DNA of 62,617 nt, filler included, from Choristocarpus tenellus KU-1152 (lineage: Eukaryota; Protista; Phaeophyceae), in the NCBI GenBank assembly GCA_964200185.2. It is 10 parts of 10 records of this genome, joined end to end, with 100 filler letters (N's around TTAATTAATTAA, not from the genome) between each part and the next. Parts side by side here need not be neighbours in the genome. Positions count along the whole stretch, not along the records: positions 32,082 to 38,437 come from CAXNAD020008315.1; positions 38,538 to 43,720 come from CAXNAD020011588.1; positions 43,821 to 47,526 come from CAXNAD020018399.1; positions 47,627 to 52,489 come from CAXNAD020012744.1; 6 more parts are not named here. One strand, written 5' to 3'. Both the position numbers and the translations under genes were made by a program. The notes beneath the pieces are model-generated. The model ran no database searches. It worked only from the letters and a program-made list of their open reading frames with translations, and was not told the DNA's origin. Shown piece by piece: positions 38,389 through 52,082 of the stretch. The first letter of the stretch is position 1. Every line of letters starts with the position of its first letter.

Positions 38389-40699
38389 GTCAGTGACAAA
38401 CAGTACCTCAGGGGGGGGGGGGGAAGGGGGGGGAGAANNNNNNNNNNNNNNNNNNNNNNNNNNNNNNNNNNNNNNNNNNNNTTAATTAATTAANNNNNNN
38501 NNNNNNNNNNNNNNNNNNNNNNNNNNNNNNNNNNNNNTGAGTTCAATAGCTGGTTGTTTTCTTGTCATACAGGATTGACCTTAGGAGTCTCCTAGCATCC
38601 ATAATTGTTTTCTTGTAAGTTCTCAAGAGTTATTTGAGCTAGGGAGGGTGTTCGATTAGACTCTTCCAACTCTATTAGACAGTTACGGTAAAGTATGTAT
38701 GGAGTAAAGGAACAATCAATTAGTGGTTGAGTTATCAGAACAATTTACTAGTGATTAGTTGGATGAGAACAATTCTCATATAAAAGGAAATATTTCCGAT
38801 TTTATGGGGTGCTGCATGCCCCACTTAACTTCAATCAATCACTCTACAAGCACCAAGCAATCTCGCTGGGTTTATCACCTTTATCCTCTTTGATGATTTG
38901 GGAGACACTTTAGTATCTTACATGTAGAGGGCATTGTTGATGATAATCGAGGAGTAGGAAGAAAGACCCCTCGCTATTAATTATACCGGCTTCGCTTTCA
39001 AAGATATTTGCCGGTCAGTGATGTATGCGCAAACCCGCTGAAATACCTGAATGTGCAGCCTAAAGGGATGAGAACAAGTTGGACCTCCCTAATGTAAGAG
39101 CCACTGACCAAGCGACTTGTCATAATCGAAAGACACCTACCTGCCACTTCAACAACCGAAGAACTTGTATTGCCGCCAACCGGACGTCCACTTAATTGCA
39201 ACCAAGCCTCCTCTAATACTTGTGATATCCCTCCTTGATAACCGGAAAGTGAGATGAATGCCTCTATACTAGTGGGTTGCCGACCTGGTGAGTTGGCACC
39301 AGATTCCACAGATGATAGAGAAGATGTTTCTTTTTCACTACCAAGATGGCCGAAGTGACATCGATAAATTCTTCAAGACCATACCATGGCTCAGTCCAGG
39401 TGGTATTTTGGAGCGGATCTATTAGACGACTTGAGGCTCATGGGGTAGAAAAATTGCTCTTATCCGGAAACACAAACATAACAGGTTGGTTCTATCTGTG
39501 AGAAGCATGCATATTTTTTCAATATATTATTTACCACAGCTATAATATTTTACTTTAGTTTAACAAACGCGCAAATATTACAAAATATTTCAAGTCTAAC
39601 TTTCTGGTTGTTCAAGGAAAGTTGTTGAAGAAAAGGTGATAGTAAGGGATGATGAGTCTTCTAACCACCCTTGACACTATCCCCCCAAAACTCCCCAATA
39701 AGATGACTTGATGTACCAAAGCTGTGGTGATACTGAGCTTCATCCACTCGGATCCCCAGGAGGCATGTAGGAGACAGGCAGGTCCACGTTATTTTTCTCA
39801 CCGTACTTTCCACCTGTTAACACAGATTTCACTTGGACTAGAGTGCGATCTAGGGCTGATCACCACTAAGGTGGTATCAATAGCTTCGCTCTCTGCGGCA
39901 TCGTAGATTTTTTCACCAGGTTACCATAACAATTTCACAACAATGTATTTATCAAATGAAACGGTATGACAAGACCTTCAGAAGGTTTGTATCCACAAAT
40001 GTGCAGGCTTCGGGGAACAGGAGCTACTATGTCCCGATCAAGGAATTGCAAAAAAGCGGGGGAATATCTCCGGCGCATTTTTGAAGATCACGACTTCAAA
40101 ATGGACAAAAATGAAGTGGTTGGCTGAACTCCTTGCAAAAAACTGGTCCAGGGTACGTCGCTGCCCAAGTTTGGTCGATGTGGAGATATCGAAAAAAAAC
40201 TCCAAATTTCTGACATCTATTTTAAGCCTTTTGCAGACTTTTTGTGAGCACACATACGCGTGACCCATACAGCAGCAACATGAACCACAACGGTGAGACA
40301 AGGAAGCCGCCGAGGCCACTCTTCCCCCAGGATCTACCCTTGGCACCTTCTCTGTCAAGAGGTGACGGAAAACACGTACCATGTGACACTCAGTGCGATG
40401 TTAAGCGACGAGAAAGTGCAAATACTGTGGCACAGCAGCAAAATCAATTCGCAAAATGGATCACGGGGCCGGGACACTGACGCTGAGAGAAGATGCATTG
40501 AAAGCATTACCACGCAAACGTGGCTGGATCTTCAACCACGTCGGAGCACTGTTCTGCAGTCTCTGCCACCTCAGGAAAGCACCAAGAGAGCGACGAGTCC
40601 ATCACCAGGTGATACAGTGACCAAATCTGTAGGGAAGCCTGGTTACGGCAGGCGAAGGGAGAACCGGGCTGGCCACCCGAAGGAAACTTTGGGGAAGAG

Positions 40700-42870
40700 A
40701 GTTGTATGACTGCATGCCATTGCGCTCACGAAACGCCTCTAAGCAAAACTCGGGTGTAGAATATCTTAGTAGTCGACAGTTGCAGCAGGCCCTGGCTGTT
40801 TGGAGCTATGCGAGCCAGAGTGGCTCAAGGAAACGAGAAAGAAAGTGTTAAGCTTGGACTACAAGGGCTCTGAAGCCTGAAAGAGGGTCGAAAGGGATCG
40901 CAAGGCGGAGGAGAAAGCGATCGTAATAAAGGCAGCTGTGGAGACTTTTTGATACCACCAATCCTTTACTTAGAAGAGGTCGCGAAGCAGGTGGAGGTAG
41001 CCATCAACGTGGACGCCAGGGAAGAAGAGGAGGTCTAGATTGAGACTATTTGCACACTGATGGTTTGGTGTCTTCCACTTCTTGCAAGATGCCGTGCATT
41101 CACGATTTTCCCTGAAGTTAGGGTTGGCCGTATGTATATAAAGTCGACTAAGGCTTTCTCTGGGCCTGCATTCATTCGAGAAATCAACACAATTTTTGAT
41201 CAACTCAAGCCTGTCCTCCCTCGACCTTGCGCCTTGATGATAAAATATCACTCGCCCAGGAAACACGGACAATGCCCATTTTCGGCGCTCAACGAGGAAA
41301 TGTGATAGTTAAGTCTCCAACACTGCGAATCCTGTACGTGTGTATGAATGACGGAAAAAACCGTCAAACGGCGCTCGAGATGGCAGCATGATATACGATG
41401 GTCAGGTCGGAAACTGTGAGTAAATGGGAGAGAGACTTCCTAACTAAGGCCCACATGAAGGTGTCGGAGCAAGGGCGCTATGAGAGGCGTTTCATCCTGG
41501 GCGTCGACGAGGACATCCTTGCTGAGGTCAAAGAGTGGGTGCGTGAACACACAGGAAGAAAGTATGGGGAGGCTCTTTTCCTGTCTAAACCCTATACTAT
41601 AATCAAGTAATAGTACATCTGTTGCCACTCTTGGTGACCTACAATCCAGGTTTCGAACCCCAATATAAGCACTCTTTCTTCAAAAAAAGAAAAAATAGCG
41701 AGAAAACAAACGAAGTCCGTACTCTAGAGGGACTTGTGACGGGCATCACGAATATGCTTTTATTTTTTTAAACCAGATGTCTACATCGGAAGTTATGACG
41801 GGACAACGCTAGAGGGTGAAGCTATCTAGGATCCCGTCGGTCTTGATTTTTTTTTAAAAGGCTGCCCAACGAGTTAATCGATGATCACCATATCGAATGA
41901 AAGGTCTTGATCTAAGCTATCGATTTCCAGAAAGGAATTCTTTCGCAAAATTATTTTGGCAAGGTTAAATATTAACTGGATGTTTTCGGCACAACCTTGA
42001 AAATGTTTTGGAATGAATTATCACGACCAAAAATATTTTTGGAATAGAAGTCCTTTGGATAAATCGATTGCCTAGATACAGAGTTTCCATTTGATATGCT
42101 GATCGCCGATTAACTTGTTGGGCAACCTTTTCAAAAGAATCAAGATTGGTAACCGCCAAAACAGTACGTGGGCGGACCTGGGCTTAATACTGTTTAAGCC
42201 ACTCACAGTACCCCGTGACGCCCAATGAGCTCCGAGTTGTCACCTGACAACGTTGGCGTTGTGGTGTGGTCACTCCCTGGTGGATTGGAGTTCGTCCAGT
42301 GCCACCGGAAGGGCAGGGGCAAGGGATACAAGCTGAGGGTTTCCATTCGTCCACAAAGCGAGAAGGGGGATGTGTTGGACAGGTTATGGGGATGAGACAG
42401 ATTTTGCAAGAGAGAGATTTGTTTATCCCAGGCATGACCAAGGACGGGGACAAGGACAGGAATAAGAGCACGAGCATGGCGTACATTCTTGGGGAGCAGC
42501 CGGATTTCAAGGTGGTAGAACCGAGTCTTAAGATTGTGCTTGAGTATCTTGGAGGACACTGCTTGATGCTTCCAAAGTACCACCGTGAATTGAACCCGAT
42601 AGAGAAGGTCTGGGGGCGGGCGAAGGACTATGTACGAGGCCATTGTGACTACACGTTACCTGGAATGAGAGTTATCATCCCTGTCCGTCTTAAGTAGGAA
42701 GGGGGGCTGTCCAGAGATTAATTGTGGAGAGGTTCTTCAGGATGAGTATTGCTTACCACCTGATATATTCCAAAGAGAAAGGCATGTCCATGGAGTACAC
42801 TAAATTGGACGGGGTGTACAAGACATTTAAGTCTCACAGGAGGCCTGCACATTCAGAATACCTCATTTGA
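40700..42870 (+). mobile_element. Disrupted IS630/Tc1-like (DDE_3) transposase
   Basis: 42266-42697 reads QPDFK...LPKYHRELNPIEKVWGRAKDYVRGHCDYTL. N-terminal piece at 41398-41570 (VSKWERDF..QGRYER..DEDILAEVKEWVRE). 3' piece ends YKTFKSHRR. Interrupted by stops and insertions. Confidence 0.75.
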
Positions 42871-43485
42871 CTTGGCATGGATTGTCTGGTTCAGAGGCCT
42901 GGGCTCCCATGAGTGAGCCTTAGTCAGCAGGTGACAACATTGCATAAACGGGAAATAATGGAAAGAGAATGGAGAGACAACAATGCCCATGTTCTCCGAG
43001 TGGAGATGGTCTCTTCTGGCTTCAAAATCATCCTTACATGCGCGTTTCGCACGCGCGAACTACTTGATTTAAGTATGGTCTTTATTTCTCACAATTACTG
43101 CAAGTTGACCAACCGAGACCCATCAAATAAGGTTAAGCATGCTGATGCGATTACACCAAACGAATTATTATGAAAAAAATCGTTGATCAAAAGTTTGGCA
43201 CGACAAAGTTGACGCAGGAGGCGACTGCCAACGTTGTACTGATTTTCGTAGTGGATTTTCTTGTTGCCGTTAGACTAATAACCACAATGAATTTCCTTCT
43301 GCGCAAACACTCTATTACTCACATTTGTTATTGGGAAGATTGGAACAAAGGATCCATTAATCGTATGCCTAATAAGAGCTATATACTTTGTAACTTTTGA
43401 AGGTCTGGTTCAGAAAGAACAAGTGTGTACTCAGATTAGGCCAGATACAATTCGACTGAGATTGTATCCTGTGAACTTGTGGACA

Positions 43486-43666
43486 GGGCTCAAAGTATCT
43501 GGGGGGGGTGGTGGCTGTCCATTTGGGGTCAATTTTTTCATATGTCATGAGTTTGGGGTGATTAGGTTGCATACGCTGGATGGATAATGTAAGTGCACTT
43601 TTCCTGGTTATGGCCCAAATGGACACCCTGGTGTAGACCCCCCCCCCCCCCCCGATACTTTGGATC
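43486..43666. mobile_element. MITE family 3 (~180 bp, poly-G/poly-C subterminal tracts)
   Basis: GGCTCAAAGTATCTGGGGG ... CCCCGATACTTTGGATC. Copies at 45691-~45858 and 49585-49762 (inverted); fragments at 43821-43870 and 47627-47657. Confidence 0.85.
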
Positions 43667-45284
43667 ACAGATACTTTCAAAGGGGACACGCATATAATTT
43701 TGTCACATTCACGCTTAGGGNNNNNNNNNNNNNNNNNNNNNNNNNNNNNNNNNNNNNNNNNNNNTTAATTAATTAANNNNNNNNNNNNNNNNNNNNNNNN
43801 NNNNNNNNNNNNNNNNNNNNCCAAATGGCCACCCCGGGGTAGACCCCCCCCCCCTCCCCAGATACTCAGGGTTTTTTGTTTGAAAAAGCTCTTGTTTCTT
43901 GCTTCCTATTTTGTCTCTGACTTCAAACTTCGTGAATTTCAGATTTTAAATTATATGATGTACTGCACTGCCTCTCAAGATAACCGCGATATCTTTTTAA
44001 CTTCTAAATGTATTAAATAGATTGAAACTTTGACTCAAATATTCTAACTTGTAGTAGGTTGTAACCAATAATTTATTATTTATTGTTGATGCCTTCTCTA
44101 CTTAGCCCTATATACCATTTAATTTATGCTTTGATTGTCGCCCACTTCTCACAAGTGACAGCGTGCAAGGGATCACCTGATTCATGTCTGAACATGTCAT
44201 ATCCAAATCTGGGCGCCATGGACTCAACCACAAATTGGTCATTGATACAGTCATTGATACAGTCATTGATTGTCAGCCAGAGATAAGGAGACTTAATGAA
44301 GGATATATGATTGACATGGGTGATTTTTCGCTATCCTATGCTACTTCACTGACGCACCTGACAATGTTCAACAGGATGCTTCTCAAGCTGTATGTGGAGG
44401 TTCAGAACTGTGTTGTTCAAGAGTTATGCTTGTAACGTGAAGTGTGCTTGAAGTTTGGGTGCTCAAGACGTATTGTGGGCCTCAACTCGACCTCACTAGT
44501 GTTGTTACAGTCGAGTGTTGATTGCACTGGTACTGCAAATATGGTTCCAGGGAACTTTTTGGACGTTGAGCAACTTCCCTGGGTACCGCGCTTTTTTTTC
44601 TGGGCAGCACACCCATTTGGATATCAAGCTCTGAATTCAGAAGGTCAATTGAAGATAAACATGTTTCCTGTCCCATCATTCGTTCTATGATTATCTGAGA
44701 AGCTGATACTGGTAACAACCTAGTATGTAATCTCTAATTTCATTATACGTTTTATATTATATGTTTTACACCTTTTTTGCCTCTGTTTCTCTTTGTGCCA
44801 CTTCCTGTGTTTGTATTGTATGCAAGATATGAATGATTACTTTAGCAGCTTTATGGGTGAGGAGGTACAGCCATGGAACGTTTTTTTTACCGGAACTGCT
44901 GATCAAGGAGCAAATATCCTCAACGCCCTGTTTGAGCTAAAGGTACCTGCATTGACGTGTGCTGCGCATGAGCTGAATTTTTGTTTTATGGGCACTCAGT
45001 ATCAACAGAGTACTAAAAAGACAGTGAAGAACATGGCAGGCGGAGAACTAGAAGAAACAGCAAAAGAATATCAAGAGGTGTCTCCACGGCGAGCATGGGT
45101 TTCTTGTGTAAACTAGCCAGTCTTCTTGAGCTGGCGACAGATGACACAGGCCGTATTCAGGAAGGGCGTGGTGGTTTCATGAGTAGAATCATTTGTTCGA
45201 TGACTGACCTCACTAACATCTACAACAGTGGAAATGATGCTGCTGAGAATGTACCAGTGGCAAGACTCATTGATGTTTCACAAT

Positions 45285-45545
45285 TGAGTGAAAGTATCTC
45301 AGAGGGTACGAGTTTTGCCCTGTTTGTCCATTTGGGGCTTGGCTTCCCATGGGATTTTTTATGGCGTTTTCATACTCCAAAATGTTTCGGAGTGCATAAA
45401 GTGTATACGTTATGAAAACGTGTGTCACGAACATGGATATTGACACTTCCTAACAAACATAATATCCAAAATTACATCAAAATCGCCGAATTGGATTTTG
45501 GCCCCCAAATTGACTCGGTTCTACCCTCTAAGATACTTTGGTTCA
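45285..45545. mobile_element. MITE family 2 copy nested in the hAT remnant
   Basis: Both TIRs present; aligns by eye to the 21257 and 21969 copies. Confidence 0.85.
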
Positions 45546-45690
45546 TTATTAATCAGAGTTCTCCTTGAGGATATAAAGGCACGTAAGGTCAGTGAGGGAA
45601 GCATTACGAGGAGCAAGTGGCACTCTTTGCTTACCCCCATAACGAAGATTGCATCATAGACTGGTGCGCTAATAAAACTCTTGGTGGAAA

Positions 45691-45858
45691 GACCCAAAGT
45701 ATCTGGGAGGGGGTGGCGGGTGTCCATTTGGGGCCAATCTTTTCATGTAGCGATTTTTTTGTGGTTAGGTTGCATACGTCGGGTGGACAATGTAAGTGCA
45801 CGTTTCCTAGTTATGGTCCAAATGTACACCCTGGTGTTGACCTCCCCCCCCCCCCCCA
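45691..45858. mobile_element. MITE family 3 copy (right end lost) nested in the hAT remnant
   Basis: GACCCAAAGTATCTGGGAGGGG start; internal similarity to 43486-43666. Confidence 0.8.
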
Positions 45859-47667
45859 CACACAGAGGGGCAAAAAAAAAGCGGTACATGGGCTAGAGCA
45901 CAAAGCGGCCTCTCTTCTAGATGCAGTTGAGATGAAGGTTTTGCTGCCACTTTAGGTGCCAATGACTCTGATCCTATGCTGACGACACCTGGGTTTGTGA
46001 CTGGGAGATATTGTCGAGGGTAGAGGAGCAAGAGATGCAACACCTACAGTAGAAGGCGAGGAGGAGGTCGTCAGAAAAAGGAAAGGTCAATCCAAGAATG
46101 GCCATTCGTTCTGAGTTCCTGAGGAAGGAACTCTACCAATATCTCGGAGAGGAGGAGGCATTGGGTAGTCAAGAGTTTGAAGTTTTTGATGTACTGGAAA
46201 GAGAAGGCGGTGACAAGGAAAGACGAGAAAGGCAAGGTGTTACGGGTTCCTCGGATACCCCTCCCGGCCATGTTTTCCAGACTGTATCACGGAATTGATG
46301 GCACAAGTTGTCAATCTGAGAGAGATTTCTCAAGGTTCGCCCTCACACTCACCACCTCAATGTGTAATCTGGATGTCGTAAAGGTGAAGAGACATACATA
46401 CTTGCACCTCAATAGGGATCTCATGAAGGAGGTGACTAGGTAAAGACAGGAGATAAGGGTGCTAGGAACCAAGCAGGAGGAATTTCGTGTGAAAGTGTGT
46501 GCATACCAGAAAAAATTGGCAGGTGATGCACTTGAACTAAAGTTTTTAATTTTGATTGCTGGAGAATGCGACGCTTTTTTCTTTTGGGCTAATATACATG
46601 ACGCCAGAAAAAAATATATTATTTTATTTTTTCTTCTAATGAAAGTAATTCACCAGGTATGTTAATATTGTGGTATCTGACCCTCTTTTGAGGATTTCAT
46701 GTAGGATAGATAGTGCTCATTCGTCAACGGTAAAACGTGCAAGTAGCGAGTACGTAAATTAAACAAAAATTCCATTCATATATAATTGTTGACATCCTCA
46801 CTGCACATACATACAGCCTTTGTAGGATCACTAGTGGCCACTCTCTCCACCCTTCTAGCAAGGCAACGAGGGCCCCATGGAGAGGTTTTCTCACCAGACA
46901 TCATTATGAGCCCCACAGTTTGGGCCCTGGGATCATTCATCCTCACCCTCCTCTCTACAAGAGTCCCTTCAGAAGACTTGGCGGAAATTATTGGCCTAGG
47001 CTAGGTAGCCTGGGGGGGAGCAACAACCCCTACCTCTGTCCCAGAGGTCTACACTCTCTAGCAGTCCATGATGCCAGGATTACAAGGAGGGCACAACATG
47101 ATATTACCCACCTCCTGAACATGATCTGGTTAGACTTCTTTACGAATGCAATTGGGCAAACTACCAGACGATGTAGAACAATGGGGAGAAAGTTCTTTGC
47201 TAGCCCTGGCCGGCCACCAGAGCGAGTCTGGATAAGGCGAAAATGCATGGGCCTCCACACAACTCCCAAAACCAGCACGCCAGATCCTTCCCAAAGAGTT
47301 TAGACTCACTACCAGAAGATCTCTAGGGAGGGAGGAGGCCCTATCCAACAGGTGCCCAGTGGTTGGGTGCAGGAGGCATAAGGATGACACCCGACATGCT
47401 CGTACCTGCCCTAAGGTAGGGGGACAGATTCGCCAGAACATGCCAATGGTTAAATGTTAAGAATATGCTTTTTATTCATGTGCAAAAGAAGATTCTGTAG
47501 AAGAAACAATTTAAGAATGAAGAGACNNNNNNNNNNNNNNNNNNNNNNNNNNNNNNNNNNNNNNNNNNNNTTAATTAATTAANNNNNNNNNNNNNNNNNN
47601 NNNNNNNNNNNNNNNNNNNNNNNNNNCGCCGACACCCCCCCCCCAGATACTTTGACCCTCCACGGCT

Positions 47668-47933
47668 TAGTCAAAGTAAACGGGAGGTACCCAGAGTTTC
47701 ATTTTAAGGATGCTGATAAAATATGTGCAAGATTGGACTCTTACGTAGAAATGTGTGTACAGGATATTTTCCGAATTATGTCGGAAATTTTTCTAACAGT
47801 AGAGAAATGAACACCCTCAAGTGAAGCTTAGAACTTCATACATAGAGACCTGGATCAATCACAGAGAGATTGAAAAACAGACTTTGAATGCAAACCGGTC
47901 AAAATCTGGGTACCTCTTGCTTACGTTGACTCA
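47668..47933. mobile_element. MITE family 1 copy
   Basis: AGTCAAAGTAAACGGGAGGTACC ... GGTACCTCTTGCTTACGTTGACTCA. Confidence 0.8.
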
Positions 47934-49584
47934 CTGAGAAAGTAACTGAACTCAGCCGCTCATTTGCAAGGAGTGTAAGTCTAGCTCACATGTGATCATT
48001 CTGACCAAGCTCTGCTTTGTAGAATTTACACCTTTTCCATTCTCTCTACTTGCATCCCTATTCCAATTCATCTTTCTGATTTCATGTCCCCCCCCAACCC
48101 CTCCAACCACCCCCCACTCCTCATTAGTCAAGCGACTGGTTGACAGTTTCACAACAGAGGAGCAGGGGAGAAGGGAGGCATGAAACAGGTCTGGGCCGAG
48201 AGCGCAATGTAAGGCATGGATCGAGAGAGTCCTACCCCAAGAAAGGAAGCGCTCCCAATATTAAATGTTCACAAGCAGGATTGGGAAGAGAGGAAGGCGC
48301 TCAAAGGGGCTGGATACCCACACTCACAGAGGAAAACATTACCCAGCCGATTTGTCCCTATTATGCACCCGCTGGCCGAGCTTACTTGCAGGGGAGGTGT
48401 GGGGGTGGGGAGCGTGTGAAAGCATACATTGAACGGCAGAGAGAAGAGAGGGGCTTGAGGCAACAGAGGTTAGACAAGGTCATGAGGGATCTCCTCAAGG
48501 GCTTTTAATTGAAGGACAAAAAGGGATCAATGAGGAGTATCAACAAGAAGCGCTTCGGCAGAGTAGTAACAGTTTTGTACAACTCTCTGTTATACAAAAA
48601 ATTTCAAATAAACTTCTGCGGAGTGTAGGATCAGTGTGTCTGGTAGTGTCTCTGGTCTCCTCCCCAATAACATCTACGAGATGATGCCACTGAAAATAAC
48701 TGAGTAAAAACAATACCCCCAAAATGTATTTGGCGTATCGCTTAAAGTGAGAATAGTTGCAGTTTTTGACCCAAAGTAAACGATAGGTACCCAGCTTTTT
48801 GATCGTTTTGTATCTAGAGTCGGTTTTTCGATCTTTTTCGATTCACCCATACCTCTACGGATGAAGCGGTAAGTTCGACTCGGAGAGCGTCGATACCTCT
48901 ATTGCTTGAGGACATTCAACAGAATTTGGAAAATATCCTCAACTTGTTCGTAAAAAGAAGTCCAACCTTTGCACATATTTGTGTCAGCAACCTCAAGACA
49001 CGATGCAACTCTAGGCACTTCCCGTTTACCTCGTTTGCCGCGTTTTCGAATCGGAACCATTTGCTTGTTCGAACGTTTTACTGATCGGCACGCAGCACGC
49101 AAGAGGGGGGCGTGAAGCGCCGAGAATATCGTGAGGTGCCTGTCTGCGAGGAAAGTCTGTTGAGCGTCTCCGGAAAGCTGAAAAGCGAATCGTCCAACAA
49201 CGCGATGCATACAACACGATAAAATAAATATTTGACTGATACATACATACATATAAATGTACATTTTTCTTGAACAACAATATCGGAGGTTAAATTGATC
49301 GAATCGACAAGGAAATATTGTTGTGATTCACAACAGGCAGTAAAGAACGGATGCACTCCAGTATCTACGTAGAGTATTGAACAAAAATACACGTTTTACA
49401 CACACACACACACACACACACGGTGATGTATGCAAGTGAGAGCTTCTGCTCTCCGCAGACATAGACTTCCCTTGTCCTTTGAAGCAAAGAAACAAAAAAT
49501 AAAAAGGAAAAGAGGAGTTACTTGTTGCTCCTGAAAGCACTTCATCAGCCCTCTGTCAGCAGTGAGTGGCATCACCAACCGCTA

Positions 49585-49762
49585 GGCTCAAAGTAACTGG
49601 GGGGGTGGGGTGGGGGTCTACACCAGGGTGTCCATTCGGGCCCTGATCAGGAAAAGTGCACTTACATTACCCATCCGATGCATGCAACCTAATCATCCTA
49701 AAATCACGGAAAAATGGACCCTGAATAGACAGCCACCACCCTCCCCCCAGTTGCTTCAAGCC
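49585..49762. mobile_element. MITE family 3 copy (inverted)
   Basis: Internal sequence is the reverse complement of 43486-43666. Confidence 0.8.
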
Positions 49763-50716
49763 ACTACAGTACGACGATTGAAAGGTGCCCTGAGAGGGAG
49801 AGAGGTCAGGGGTACTTACAACCCCGACACTCTGTACCATGGACACTGACATACATGTAGAACCAATAATACCACCATGTTATTGTTCTGCTTTGATGCT
49901 TTTTCTTCTTCTTCTTATTATAATATGCAGTGGACCAACCCGTAACACATCCAGCAGTGACGCAAACACTATCACATACAGTTGGTGCATGTATGTGTAC
50001 CTACATATATATGCCCACAAAAAAAACATCAAAACCACCACCTCATCTCCCACTACGAGCACTTCATCCAAATACAAAATAGTATCACGAACAACTAATA
50101 TCTCTTGCAACAGGCAACTCACACCTCTCACCACCAACCACCTAGTACCACAAACAACATAAGACAAAAAACCCATTAGGCATCATTCCTTTTTTTACAC
50201 ACGACACTATCAGAGCCTTCTCTTGACAAACAACACTACCACAAGTCCATCTGCAGCAGCAAGGCCTCTCCTCTCTCTCTCCTCCTCCCAAAACAACAAC
50301 CCAACCAGTCGAGACAGTTATGACCAACACCAAACACATTACAATCTTAAGCAAACAAAAAAATACAGTAAAGAAAAAAAACGTGACAAAAAAAAGACCC
50401 AATAAACCAAAAAATGAAAAAATATTTCAAGTCAAGCTGTGCCGAGGAGAATTCCAGAAGATTACGACTCATGGCATTTTTTTGTTCTCTTTTCCTCTTC
50501 AGGAAGGGGATTGTTCTGCACAATGACCGCACACTCCACCAAGGCACCAACATATCTCCTTTGCTGCAGCTCTTCCCAAGGGACTCACTCGTCGGACTTA
50601 AGAACCTCTCTACTTCCCCTCCTCTGTTTCCCATGTCACCTAAGAATGCCATATCATGTACAAGCACTGCACACGCTTGAGTAGATAGCTGATCTCAACG
50701 AAGACCACACTCACGG

Positions 50717-50749
<33 letters not shown>

Positions 50750-51627
50750 GGCAGACTTCCACGAAGGACAAAAGCTGAGCTGACCTTGCTCTTTAGTCAT
50801 GCAAATCAATCCAACATGACAATTGTGCATGTATGTTACACAACTGTACACCTCATCGTGCTCGCAATAGAAGAGGAAGAAAAAAAATCATACCAGAGAG
50901 ACCCCGAACGATACAAAAACTGCTACTTTCGCTACCATGTTCTAAATTTTACTTTTGATATTCTTATTGTTGCTGGGCTAGGTCCCTCTCGCCACACCCT
51001 CGCCTCGAACACATCCTGACTCGGACTGGTACGCCAAGACAAGGGGTCCAATCCGGTGCCAGAACAATCAACGCGCTCACACAATCAACACGCTCACACA
51101 CGGCTCTCAATCCACGCCAACACCTCTGCTGCTGGTAAAGAACGACCCGTTCTCAAGCACGGAGAACATCTCGTCCTCGTACCACCAAGGCCCCCACACC
51201 GTAACATAGCATACCTCTTCAGTATCAAACATACAAATATCACTTCACTTTTATCACACAACAACCGCGGGGGCACTACTGCACAGCTACAGAGCCACAA
51301 TCCAACGCCACCAAGGACAAAACAGGGGGCCAACCGACATCAACGATAATACCCGGTACGAACAGGATAAGCCATTATAAACGCTCTGCAAAAACCAACC
51401 CTGCGACCTCTTTACCGTGAGTCCCTAGTTCACCTCCTGCGCACGCATGGTTGTCACGAGTCATCCATCATGCAAATATCTCTAGCATCTCTCCCACCCG
51501 GATCGCCGGGGGCTGGTCTAGCTCTAAAGCACATACAAAAAACAATCTGAGGGCATGCTACACATTATATGAATGCCACTGCAACGCAACCGCAGTGAAG
51601 ACTTTCTCCTCCCCTGCCGCCTTCCAA

Positions 51628-51681
<54 letters not shown>

Positions 51682-51962
51682 CCGCGGCGGGACGGGANNN
51701 NNNNNNNGTCCCAGGCCCCACTGCTAGTGCCACCCCCCACCCCCCCCCCCCTGCAAACCCCTCCCCGCCCCCCCCCCCCCCCCGTTCCCCCCCCCCCCCC
51801 CCCCCACTGGCCACCTCACTAAACGCGATCGTTTGCCGAGGAGTTGAAGCAGATTAGGACATACGGAGGCGTTACGGTGACAACGCGTAAGGTTGAGATG
51901 GAAGGACGGAGGTTCGAAGAGGTACTACCTGCTTATTCATCACGGTCCCCCCTCAACCAGCT

Positions 51963-52082
51963 TCAGGAGGCTTGCCTCAAGATGATTTCCATTAGTAGGT
52001 CAGGCTCTTGCTTAAGTTCAAGGAACCCAGGGGTACCCTTCACACTTTCCATGTGGTCCAGAACAAAGTCCAGCGCGATTTC
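51963..52082 (-). CDS. Terminal exon of a BTB/POZ protein (BACK/BPM_C-like helical tail)
   Basis: Acceptor TTGTTTCCAG, then EIALDFVLDHMESVKGTPGFLELKQEPDLLMEIILRQAS*, which fits the post-BTB pattern cl.Fi..n...V..t.gF..L...P.LlmEi. Upstream exons not identified before the spacer. Confidence 0.6.
   Translation of the reverse strand, partial: EIALDFVLDHMESVKGTPGFLELKQEPDLLMEIILRQAS

Larger units (their letters stand above)
44200..46443 (+). mobile_element. Decayed hAT transposase
   Basis: TADQGANILNAL...CAAHELN (catalytic D plus CxxH) at ~44895-44975. hAT dimerisation domain LMYWK...LYHGIDGTSCQSERDFS...LHLN at 46177-46443. Two nested MITEs. Confidence 0.85.

Noticed and set aside
38540-39480. 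Coding-like minus-strand segment (103-aa ORF)
   Set aside because: Multiple stops in flanking frames and no recognisable domain.
51451-51857. Poly-Pro/poly-Gly ORFs (formin- or extensin-like)
   Set aside because: They come from poly-C tracts around a 10-N gap and are low-complexity, probably low-quality sequence.
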